Shown: positions 1-6,787 of the stretch, piece after piece | How the letters are laid out: each line of letters begins with the position of its first letter | Numbering within the stretch: position 1 is the stretch's first letter | Virus record (IMG/VR): IMGVR_UViG_2609459803_000009 | DNA length: 7,296 bases | Strand: one strand, 5' to 3' | From: a virus | Taxonomy: Duplodnaviria > Heunggongvirae > Uroviricota > Caudoviricetes | The notes under the pieces: model-generated | The model's database searches: none | The model's input: the letters and a program-made list of their open reading frames with translations, nothing else | Told to the model about the DNA's origin: nothing | Translations under genes and position numbers: made by a program

Positions 1-1170
1 TCACTCCTCATTTTCTTCTGAGCTGTACTCCACATCGGAGAGTTTAACCTCAAGCTCTAAGCCCGTCGTGAAACCGTTATTATTGAGGTTGTGGGTCACC
101 TTGCTGATTAACCATGCCTGCTCGTCTATGACGCGCTTAAAGCCTGACACGCGTACAGGCGTCTCAGGAAATAAATCCGCTCGCCCTAGCGCCAGTGTGA
201 TTGAAAACTCCGCAACGCCTCGCTGCAGTTTATCCCACTTAGCCTGAGCGGCGCGCATTGCCTGTGCCTTTGAGGCATAGACCGTCGTCAGCGCCAGCAC
301 GTTATCGGCTTCACCGGCCATGTACTCACCCTCACGTGCTTCCTGTTCTTTTTTGACCTTTGTCTTTTTGCTGACCGGCTTTGCTTTTGGGTGTTCCAGT
401 GCGCGCAGGTGCTTCTCTTTTGGCTTGCGTTTCAGCGTTACTTTCTGCTTTTGTGGCTTCGGGTCTTTGGTGTGCAACCATTTAGCAGTGACGCCGGTAT
501 AAGCCCCACGGTCGGCAATGGCAAACTGATGACGGTCACCATCACTGCGGGTCAGCGTCATTTGCGGGACGGGTTTGCCGCTGGCCGTCATCGCACTACC
601 GGCTTTCAGAAACAACAGTTTCCCTGCCTTCACCGATACCGTTGCCCCGTTGCGGTCAGCCAGTCGACTCAAAAATACCGCGTCGGATTCCTGCGACTGG
701 TCGATATGCGGTACCGGGATTTTTTTCAGCGATTCCGCAATGTTGGCCGTCAGTTTGTTGCGCTTTGCGATGGTACTGACCAGTTCGCCGATGGTGGTGT
801 CGTGCCATGACTCTTCACGCCTGGAATTTAGCGTGCCGCGAAAGTCCGCGCTGCGCGCCCGGATGGTCAGGGTATCAGGAGCCCCCCGGTGCTCAATCTC
901 ATCGACCGTAAAATCCCCCTTATTCAGCAGCGCCGAACCCTGCCAGCCAAGCCACAACGTCAGCACTGCCCCGCGCAGGGGTAACTCGACTTTCCCATCG
1001 GTGTCATCGAGCTCAATGTCGAGCTGGTCAGCTTCAAAGCCCCTATTGTCCGTCATGGTGAGAGAAATCAGCCGGTCGCTGAAGTTGCTGGTAATGTCCT
1101 GACTGTTCAGCGTCAGCATAAAAGCCGGTGCAAGGCTGGCACCGGCGTCAATTGCCATCCCCGTTATCAT
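1..1170 (-). CDS. D: P2-type late tail protein D (gpD, baseplate/tail-hub family)
   Basis: 389-aa minus-strand ORF with ATG at 1170-1168 and stop at the window edge (3-1). The translation has the conserved gpD character (RGFEADQLDIELDD, GDFTVDEIEHRGAPD, RSADFRGTLNSRRE, GAYTGVTAKWLH, EGEYMAGEADN) and an internal Lys/Pro-rich stretch. It is last in the conserved FI-FII-E-T-U-D order, and its ATG overlaps the U stop (ATGA). Confidence 0.9.
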   Translation of the reverse strand: MITGMAIDAGASLAPAFMLTLNSQDITSNFSDRLISLTMTDNRGFEADQLDIELDDTDGKVELPLRGAVLTLWLGWQGSALLNKGDFTVDEIEHRGAPDTLTIRARSADFRGTLNSRREESWHDTTIGELVSTIAKRNKLTANIAESLKKIPVPHIDQSQESDAVFLSRLADRNGATVSVKAGKLLFLKAGSAMTASGKPVPQMTLTRSDGDRHQFAIADRGAYTGVTAKWLHTKDPKPQKQKVTLKRKPKEKHLRALEHPKAKPVSKKTKVKKEQEAREGEYMAGEADNVLALTTVYASKAQAMRAAQAKWDKLQRGVAEFSITLALGRADLFPETPVRVSGFKRVIDEQAWLISKVTHNLNNNGFTTGLELEVKLSDVEYSSEENEE

Positions 1171-1652
1171 GCAGTGAAACCTCCGGGCATACCCTGCAGT
1201 TTATCTGTCAAATTACCGGCAGAGCCGAGAAGCTCACTGGCCTGTTTATTCAGGTCACCAAACATCTCTGTCAGCGATTCATCAACCCGTTTTAGCGAAA
1301 GCGTGAAATCAATCTTTCTGGCCGCACCATCACTGAAAAACTCGGTGCGTGTAGTCGATACTTTATCGACGATATACATCCCGAGGATATTTCCGGTTCC
1401 CTCTATCAACGGCCACGCTCTGCCTTCATTGGCCATCACCTCTACAGCCTTTAGTGAGATCCAACCGCCAGTGATAGCGGGGTATAGCGTACCAGCAAGC
1501 TGTATCGAGGTTTCCCCCTCGCCAAGAAACTGATAGGCAGGTGGTTTACCCACCCGGTCATTGGACACCCAGCGATAATCTTTCGAATGCTGCATCGACT
1601 GGTAAGGCAGGGTGCGAAGTTCAAACACAAACATTCCGAGAGCAAGCATCAT
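1167..1652 (-). CDS. U: P2-type tail protein U (gpU, tail completion/terminator-like)
   Basis: 161-aa ORF starting ATGATG at 1652, with a strong Shine-Dalgarno (GAGGGGG) about 8 nt upstream and lying 13 nt after the T stop. Position between T and D and a size of about 160 aa match P2 gpU. The stop TGA (1169-1167) overlaps the D start. Confidence 0.85.
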   Translation of the reverse strand: MMLALGMFVFELRTLPYQSMQHSKDYRWVSNDRVGKPPAYQFLGEGETSIQLAGTLYPAITGGWISLKAVEVMANEGRAWPLIEGTGNILGMYIVDKVSTTRTEFFSDGAARKIDFTLSLKRVDESLTEMFGDLNKQASELLGSAGNLTDKLQGMPGGFTA

Positions 1653-1665
1653 CGTTTAATCCCCC

Positions 1666-4110
1666 TCAATAGTCGTGGGTCATGTTGGCACGCTGGCGGG
1701 CGCGTTTATCGCGCTCAATCTGTTCGAGCGTGTCGCGTAGTTGTCTGTCAAGCTGATGCCCCGGCGCAACACCTCCCGGCAGATTGATGTTGTATTCGCT
1801 TTTGCTCTGGTCAATGTAAGAGCGCCCCGCCGGTGCGGTAACTGGCTGATAAGCCTGATAGCCGCCATATGTGCTGGTTGCCGGGATGTAGGAATTACCC
1901 TGTGTGGCGGCATTGGTTTTGGCGGCGGTCTGGTCGAGGCTGTCCGACTCTTTGTTGATGATGCCGAGCTTTTCGAGAAGCCAGTCGACACCGCTGCGCA
2001 GCTTGTTAAAAACATTGAGCGGAGCCATCAAGGCAGAGGCCAGTGCCTGACCAAATATGACGCCGACATTTTTGCAGCTATCAAGCGTTTCCTGCGTGGC
2101 CTTAACCGGTGCTATCAGGTCTTTAAACCACTGCCAGACGCCGCGCAGTTTCTCGCCGAGACCATCAAAAATGGGAGCCAGTGGAGCGAACATTTCCCCG
2201 ACTGGGGCAAAGGCACTCATGATGCCCTCAATCACTCCCGAGAAAAATGCGCTGATGGGCTCCCAATATTTACGGATGAGTAGCGCCCCCGCCACAATCG
2301 CCGCACCGACGGCCACTATCGGCCAGGTAATCGCACCGAGCGCTGTCGCAATGGCACTACCGACGACAGTAAAGACCGTACCCAGCACGCCAGCAGCGGC
2401 GATAATGGCATTAATTCCCATGACAACCGGCCACGCAACGAGACCAATGCCGCCGATGATACCAATCAGCGCCAGCGCACCACCGGCAATAATCCCGATA
2501 GTTGTCGTCAGCCCTTTGTTTTTCTGGATCCAGCCGTCGAGCTTCAACACGTATTGTGTGGCGGTTTGGGTGAGTTTGCGCAGCGAGCCCTCTTGCTGGT
2601 CAAAAAGGTCGGTACCGACAGCCTCATAAGCAGACTGGAACTCTTTAAAATCACCGCCGAGGTTGTCCTGCATAATTTTAACAAGCTCTGCGGTTTTTCC
2701 GTCTGAGGCTTTCAGGGTGGAGGTTAGCTGGTCAAGTTTGCCGGTTGAGGCGGCAGTCATGAGCACTGCCGCCGCCGAACTGGCTTCCTCACCGAATATC
2801 GTTTTCATGTATTCGGCTTGTTGACCGGTGCCGAGATTGTTACGCTCAAAACTGGCCTGCATTTCCTTGAGGATGGTAAAAATCGGGCGCGTGTTGCCTT
2901 TACTGTCGGAAGTTTTGACACCCAGCTCCTTAAGCGCATCCCACGCTTTACCGGTCGGAGCCTGCAGGCGGCTTAAAACCGCACGGCTCCCGGTGCCGGC
3001 CATCGAGCCGGTGATTTTGGCGTCATGCAGGGCGCCCACCATTGCGGCAGTTTCTTCAATGCTGACACCGGCATTTTTCGCCACCGGCGCGGCGTATGTC
3101 AGCGCATCGCTCAGCCCGTCGAAATCGGCAGCAGTTTTATTCATCACCGTCGACAGAACGTCGCCAATGTGCGCCACCTTGTCATTGGAAAGCTGAAACG
3201 CAGAGCGCATCCCCATCAGTAATGCGGCGTTTTCTTCCATCGTGCGACGGTTGGCAAGCGCCATATTGAGGGTGACCGGTGTCGTCGCCTGAATGGCTGC
3301 CGCATCGCCACCCCCTTTGGCGATAATAATCTGCGCACTGGCTGCATCATCAGCAGAAGCGGCTGTATTGTCACCGAGCTGGCGTGCCTGTTTGCGTAGC
3401 GCCTCCATTTCTGGTGACTGCTTATCGACCCCGAGCACAGCCTGCAGCTCGGAGTTTTTTTGCGCAAAGTCATAACCGGGCATCAGCAATTTAACCCCGG
3501 CCATCGTTCCCGCTGTCGCAATACCGACCCCGGCAGCACCTGCAGCGGCCATGTTACCGGCAAGTTCCTTACCCGATTTATATCGCTCTTTCACTCGGTT
3601 TAGGTGCGCCTGCTGTGCGCTGACCTTCGCCAATGCTTCGCGCTGCCGGTTGAGCTGCGCCGTCGTCTCGCTGATGCGTGTTTTAAGCCCCCGCTCATCG
3701 TTTGCCAGATTGCGGGTATTGATACCGGCGGCACCCAGCTCGCGTTGCTGGCGTTTAACCGACTCGGTGAGGCTGTTGTATTTAACCTGCAGCCCCTCGG
3801 CGGCACGTTTTGCGGATTCGAGCACCTGTGCCTGCGCTCGCGTCGGGCGCTCAGTATTTTTGAATTGCGTGGCAAGCGCTTCAGCCTCGCGCTTTGCCTT
3901 CTCCAGCGACTGGCCGGTTACGGCCAGTTGAGCGCTGGTTTTGCGAAAGCCGTCGATTTTCGCGGCCTGCCCGTTCAGGTCACGCAGCCCTTTTTGTGTG
4001 TCGCGAATATCGCCCGACAGGGTTTTACTCGCGGTCTGGATGGATTTAAGCGGTCGGGTCGCCTGGTCGACCGCTTTCAGCAAAACCTCAAGTCTCAGGT
4101 TATTACTCAT
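1666..4110 (-). CDS. T: Tail tape measure protein (gpT)
   Basis: 814-aa ORF. The N-terminal third is charged and coiled-coil-like (repeated Q/R/E/K/A heptad-like runs). A long Gly/Ala/Ile-rich hydrophobic block sits at about residues 534-612, typical of tape-measure proteins. It lies directly downstream of the E/E' frameshift pair, and its ATG (4110-4108) overlaps the E' stop. Confidence 0.92.
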   Translation of the reverse strand: MSNNLRLEVLLKAVDQATRPLKSIQTASKTLSGDIRDTQKGLRDLNGQAAKIDGFRKTSAQLAVTGQSLEKAKREAEALATQFKNTERPTRAQAQVLESAKRAAEGLQVKYNSLTESVKRQQRELGAAGINTRNLANDERGLKTRISETTAQLNRQREALAKVSAQQAHLNRVKERYKSGKELAGNMAAAGAAGVGIATAGTMAGVKLLMPGYDFAQKNSELQAVLGVDKQSPEMEALRKQARQLGDNTAASADDAASAQIIIAKGGGDAAAIQATTPVTLNMALANRRTMEENAALLMGMRSAFQLSNDKVAHIGDVLSTVMNKTAADFDGLSDALTYAAPVAKNAGVSIEETAAMVGALHDAKITGSMAGTGSRAVLSRLQAPTGKAWDALKELGVKTSDSKGNTRPIFTILKEMQASFERNNLGTGQQAEYMKTIFGEEASSAAAVLMTAASTGKLDQLTSTLKASDGKTAELVKIMQDNLGGDFKEFQSAYEAVGTDLFDQQEGSLRKLTQTATQYVLKLDGWIQKNKGLTTTIGIIAGGALALIGIIGGIGLVAWPVVMGINAIIAAAGVLGTVFTVVGSAIATALGAITWPIVAVGAAIVAGALLIRKYWEPISAFFSGVIEGIMSAFAPVGEMFAPLAPIFDGLGEKLRGVWQWFKDLIAPVKATQETLDSCKNVGVIFGQALASALMAPLNVFNKLRSGVDWLLEKLGIINKESDSLDQTAAKTNAATQGNSYIPATSTYGGYQAYQPVTAPAGRSYIDQSKSEYNINLPGGVAPGHQLDRQLRDTLEQIERDKRARQRANMTHDY

Positions 4111-4590
4111 TGTGGTGTCCGCTACGCTGCAGCGCCTTTTCGCGCCATGTGATGAGCTCGGTCAGGCTCAGGGAATAGAGCTCTGATGGCGACCAGTGGA
4201 ATATCACTGCAATATCCGCCATCAGGTCATCGGTCGACAGGTCGGGCGGAAAATCTACTCCGCCGAAGCCGGTGACAAAAAACCAATCACCTTAGCGGCC
4301 AGCGAAAGCATATCGGGCAGGTTCATCGCGGTTAGCTCCTGCGTGGTGAGCGCGGGATAGGTCATGCGGGGCAGCACTTTAATCAGCGCATCGACCTCGG
4401 ACTGCGCCACCGCCGCCAGACTGACACCGCGCAGGGTACCGGCGTTCGGCTCAATCAGGGTGACTTTATCAATCGTCTGACCGGCGCGCTTAATCGGCTT
4501 GTCGAGGGTCACGACGTTCGGGTTTACGGTGTCAATTTCATTGCCAGCCGTATCAACAAATTCAGCGGTTTTACGTGGTGCTTTTGCCAT
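4103..4590 (-). CDS. E+E': Tail assembly chaperone E+E' (gpE+E'), made by a programmed -1 frameshift at 4282-4276
   Basis: Zero frame 4590 to 4279, then a -1 slip on T-TTT-TTG. The -1 frame stays open for 57 codons (VTGFGGVDFPPDLSTDDLMADIAVIFHWSPSELYSLSLTELITWREKALQRSGHHNE) and ends at TAA 4105-4103, overlapping the T start. The predicted product is about 162 aa. This is the canonical arrangement upstream of tape-measure genes. Confidence 0.8.
4255..4590 (-). CDS. E: Tail assembly chaperone E (gpE, unshifted product)
   Basis: 111-aa ORF with ATG at 4590-4588 and stop TAG at 4257-4255. It sits between FII and T, and the slippery heptamer lies 6 codons before its stop. Confidence 0.85.
   Translation of the reverse strand: MAKAPRKTAEFVDTAGNEIDTVNPNVVTLDKPIKRAGQTIDKVTLIEPNAGTLRGVSLAAVAQSEVDALIKVLPRMTYPALTTQELTAMNLPDMLSLAAKVIGFLSPASAE
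4276..4282 (-). promoter_or_regulatory. Slippery heptanucleotide T-TTT-TTG for -1 programmed ribosomal frameshifting (E to E')
   Basis: The plus strand shows AAAAAA at 4277-4282 plus C at 4276, which is TTTTTTG on the coding strand, in the frame GGT-TTT-TTG of gpE. The -1 frame downstream is open until it overlaps the T start. Confidence 0.8.
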
Positions 4591-4638
4591 GATGTTTTTC
4601 TCTGCTCTGAAAGGGGATTAATAACCGGCCAGCCATGC

Positions 4639-4648
4639 TGACCGGTCA
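4639..4648. repeat. Perfect 10-bp palindrome TGACCGGTCA in the FII-E intergenic spacer, within a larger imperfect dyad CCATGcTGACCGGTCATGG (4633-4651)
   Basis: Read directly from the sequence. It lies in the 63-bp untranslated gap between the FII stop (4654) and the E start (4590). Function is unknown. Confidence 0.5.
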
Positions 4649-4653
4649 TGGAA

Positions 4654-5172
4654 TTACAGCCCGATTGCGCGGCGGTGCTGTTCCAGACGGTCGACGCCGT
4701 TCACCTTCTCGACCATGTTGACGGTGTCGATTTCGATGACGTCGCTACCATCAATCGTCAGGCGGTAATAGGTGCAGACCGTCGACAGTTTGGTCGAGGT
4801 GTTTTCACCCTGCTTATTTTCGCCGCCGTCGATTTCTTTATGACGGCCACGCATGACCACCTCGACCGCGTTGATTTCGCCGGTGTCGTCGCGCTGGTAG
4901 GATCCAGCAAAACGCAGCGGCACAGCGTCAGCACCCGGCGCGGCGTACTGCGCCCACAGAGCCACATCAGGCTGGCCACCGACAGACCACTCGACGGTTA
5001 ACGCATCATCGTCGAGACCGAGGTCAATCGCCGCCGCGCCATTCATGCCGCCGCCGCGATAGTTTTCGAGTTTGCGGGTCAGCTTCGGCAGCGTCACGGA
5101 TTCAACAACGCCCATATAGCTAAGGCCGTCGTTAAACATGTTCAGATATTTGAGTTTGCGGGGTAGTGCCAT
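4654..5172 (-). CDS. FII: Major tail tube protein (gpFII)
   Basis: 172-aa ORF with ATG at 5172-5170 and stop TAA at 4656-4654. A Shine-Dalgarno AGGAG lies in the 15-bp gap after FI. Size and position immediately downstream of the sheath gene match P2 FII. Confidence 0.88.
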   Translation of the reverse strand: MALPRKLKYLNMFNDGLSYMGVVESVTLPKLTRKLENYRGGGMNGAAAIDLGLDDDALTVEWSVGGQPDVALWAQYAAPGADAVPLRFAGSYQRDDTGEINAVEVVMRGRHKEIDGGENKQGENTSTKLSTVCTYYRLTIDGSDVIEIDTVNMVEKVNGVDRLEQHRRAIGL

Positions 5173-5187
5173 GTTGTTTCAGGCTCC

Positions 5188-6366
5188 TTAGCTGTTGACC
5201 GATTCGGCCAGATTCACCAGATATTTATCGGTGATACGCTGGCGCAGGGTCAGGCTTTCCAGTGGTGGAACCGGCGTATAGTCGTAGTCGATATACAGTT
5301 TCCCGGCCTTGAGGGTTTCCTTGTCATTCGATTCCTCGTCGAACCAGCATTCACCGTCCACGATGTAGCCATTTGATTTCAGCTCGCGGAATTTGGCATT
5401 AATGCCGTCGACAATGTCACGGATGAGCGATGCGGTAATGGGCTTATCGACCGCCCACATGTGAGCCTCGGCCATCGTGTCGGCCAGCACCTGCGCGGTG
5501 CGGGTGTAGTTCTCAAACAGGAAAAGCGGGTCATCAGAGCAGGTGCGGTTACCCCAAAAGCGGAAACCATCTTTGCGCACCAGCGTCGTGACCCCGGCCT
5601 CGTTGAGCAGGTCAGCATCGGTACCAGATGCCTGCAAATCCCAAAACACTGAGGCGCTGATGCCGGTGACACCCTGCACGCCGACGTTAGACAGGGTTTT
5701 ATGCCAGCCGACGGTCTGGTCGATGTAGGCGCGCAGGCCGAGTGCGCGCGCAGTGGCGTAGGCTGTTGCAGTGGCGTTCGCGGTGGTGTCCCATGCGAGG
5801 AAATCAGGCCAGATAAGCATCAGTTCGCGCTGGCTGAAATTCTCGCGATAGGCCATCGCCTCGGAAATAGTCTTACAGCCCCATGCACTGACATAGCCAA
5901 AGGCGCGCAGGCTGATACAGACCGACGCAAGTGCGACTGCGACCTCTTTGGTATCGAGCCCCGGCACGCCGAGAATGCGCGGCTTAACGCCGGTGACCGC
6001 TTCGGCAGTCAACAGCGCCTTGATACCGGTGTATTTACCGTTCTCATCCGTGCCGCCGATGATATTTGAAATGGTCTGCGCTTCCGCGTCTTCTCCGGTA
6101 CCTTCGGCAACACGCACGACAACGGTGACGGGCTTTGACTGGTCGGCGATGGCCTGCAGGGAGGCAGACAGCGTGCCTTTTTTACCGGCTTTCGCAATGG
6201 CGCTCTGCACATTGGTAATCAGTACCGGCTCGTTGAGGGGGAATGTCGCGGCATCCGCATCGCTGGCCGTGCAGACCATGCCGACAATTGCGGTTGCAAC
6301 AGTGGAAATGACGCGGGTGCCGTCGTTAATCTCAAGCACCTGCACGCCGTGGTGAAAATCACTCAT
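5188..6366 (-). CDS. FI: Contractile tail sheath protein (gpFI)
   Basis: The open frame runs 6393 to 5188 (401 codons from a TTG). The ATG at 6366-6364 (MSDFHHGVQVLEINDGTR...) has a GGAG Shine-Dalgarno about 9 nt upstream and matches the N-terminus I remember for P2 FI (MSDYHHGVQVLEIN), giving about 392 aa. The protein has a sheath-like size and conserved blocks (FRFWGNRTCSDDPLFLFENYTRTAQ, KLYIDYDYTPVPPLE). Confidence 0.9.
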   Translation of the reverse strand: MSDFHHGVQVLEINDGTRVISTVATAIVGMVCTASDADAATFPLNEPVLITNVQSAIAKAGKKGTLSASLQAIADQSKPVTVVVRVAEGTGEDAEAQTISNIIGGTDENGKYTGIKALLTAEAVTGVKPRILGVPGLDTKEVAVALASVCISLRAFGYVSAWGCKTISEAMAYRENFSQRELMLIWPDFLAWDTTANATATAYATARALGLRAYIDQTVGWHKTLSNVGVQGVTGISASVFWDLQASGTDADLLNEAGVTTLVRKDGFRFWGNRTCSDDPLFLFENYTRTAQVLADTMAEAHMWAVDKPITASLIRDIVDGINAKFRELKSNGYIVDGECWFDEESNDKETLKAGKLYIDYDYTPVPPLESLTLRQRITDKYLVNLAESVNS

Positions 6367-6393
6367 CCGGTTAACTCCGTGGTTAGTGGGCAA

Positions 6394-6464
6394 GTGTTAT
6401 TGTCCTGGCTGGTCTGTTGAGGGGCTATTTGTCAGTGTTGGGCGATGTCTGACACATTGAGACA
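6394..6464 (-). promoter_or_regulatory. Candidate late (activator-dependent) promoter region for the FI operon, with overlapping dyads TGTCAG-N13-CTGACA (6430-6454) and TGTCT-N9-AGACA (6446-6464)
   Basis: This is the only non-coding DNA upstream of FI. The dyad elements contain TGT...ACA half-sites resembling the P2 Ogr/Delta-type late promoter element (TGT-N12-ACA near -55), but the spacing here is N13 and no clear -35 is seen. This is a positional and motif inference only. Confidence 0.3.
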
Positions 6465-6707
6465 TCAGCAACGGATGCGGGAAATTTTTTGTATAGCGTT
6501 GAGATACCCGAGGCGATCCAGTTTCCAGACCACAAGCGTATCGCCCTCTGACAAGGTTCTGAGTAACCTCTTTAGCCCCGGCCAGTCTGATGTTTTGCCG
6601 CTGATTTTATCTTCGAAAATCAGCTCACATCCTGCGCACTCCAGTTCATTTCGCTGTAATGCGGTGTTCTGGTCATTTGTTGATACACGTACATAACCGA
6701 TAAACAT
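6465..6707 (-). pseudogene. Truncated serine DNA invertase (Hin/Gin/Cin/Pin family), N-terminal stub only
   Basis: The 80-aa ORF reads MFIGYVRVSTNDQNTALQRNELECAGCELIFEDKISGKTSDWPGLKRLLRTLSEGDTLVVWKLDRLG, which carries the resolvase/invertase N-terminus with the catalytic-Ser motif YVRVSTNDQ. It then diverges into 13 unrelated codons (YLNAIQKISRIRC) and stops. A full-length enzyme is about 185-190 aa and would run into FI. The C-terminal helix-turn-helix and most of the catalytic domain are absent. Confidence 0.8.
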
Positions 6708-6761
6708 GAGAAATAACCCGGTAAAAAGTCGGGATCATGCCAGCTGAACGGAATATCTGCA

Positions 6762-6787
6762 TTTTCTAAAAGGTTGGTTTGGGAGAA
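6762..6787. other. Candidate invertase crossover site (hix/gix/cix-like 26-bp site): TTTTCTAAAAGG-TT-GGTTTGGGAGAA
   Basis: The right half GGTTTGGGAGAA resembles the GGTTTTNGATAA half-site of gix/hix as I recall it; the left half is degenerate. The site sits exactly where the start-less tail-fibre frame opens (after TAA at 6767-6769) and about 60 bp upstream of the invertase ATG, as in Mu and Salmonella Hin systems. Similarity was judged by eye. Confidence 0.35.

Noticed and set aside
320-1102. Plus-strand ORFs of 60-175 aa (320-502, 391-810, 575-1102) overlapping gene D
   Set aside because: They lie antisense to a well-supported, conserved structural gene. Their translations are low-complexity (Cys/Phe/Ser/Arg-rich), with no ribosome-binding sites. 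Such antisense ORFs are expected in GC-rich coding DNA.
1174-1787. ORFs overlapping U on either strand (1174-1533 +, 1451-1645 -, 1587-1787 +)
   Set aside because: Out-of-frame or antisense overlaps of gpU and the T 3' end. No independent signals, and the compositions are implausible.
1680-4186. Multiple ORFs inside or antisense to the tape-measure gene (for example 1741-2283 +, 2057-2629 +, 3604-4152 +, 1680-2015 -, 3600-3875 -)
   Set aside because: All are nested within the 814-aa T frame, which has clear tape-measure features. They are Arg/Ser/Pro/Cys-rich, typical of wrong-frame reads of GC-rich DNA.
4648-6355. Antisense or alternate-frame ORFs within FII and FI (for example 4648-5001 +, 5701-6069 +, 5948-6355 +, 5379-5672 -)
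   Set aside because: They overlap the strongly supported tube and sheath genes, and none has a start context or a recognisable family signature.
6436-6464. An exact TGT-N12-ACA Ogr-binding element
   Set aside because: Every TGT/ACA pair I could find here is spaced N13 (or N9/N19), not N12, so I report only a candidate dyad rather than a confirmed activator site.
6445-6696. 83-aa plus-strand ORF covering the invertase region
   Set aside because: It is the antisense frame of the invertase stub, whose own frame has the unmistakable serine-recombinase N-terminus.
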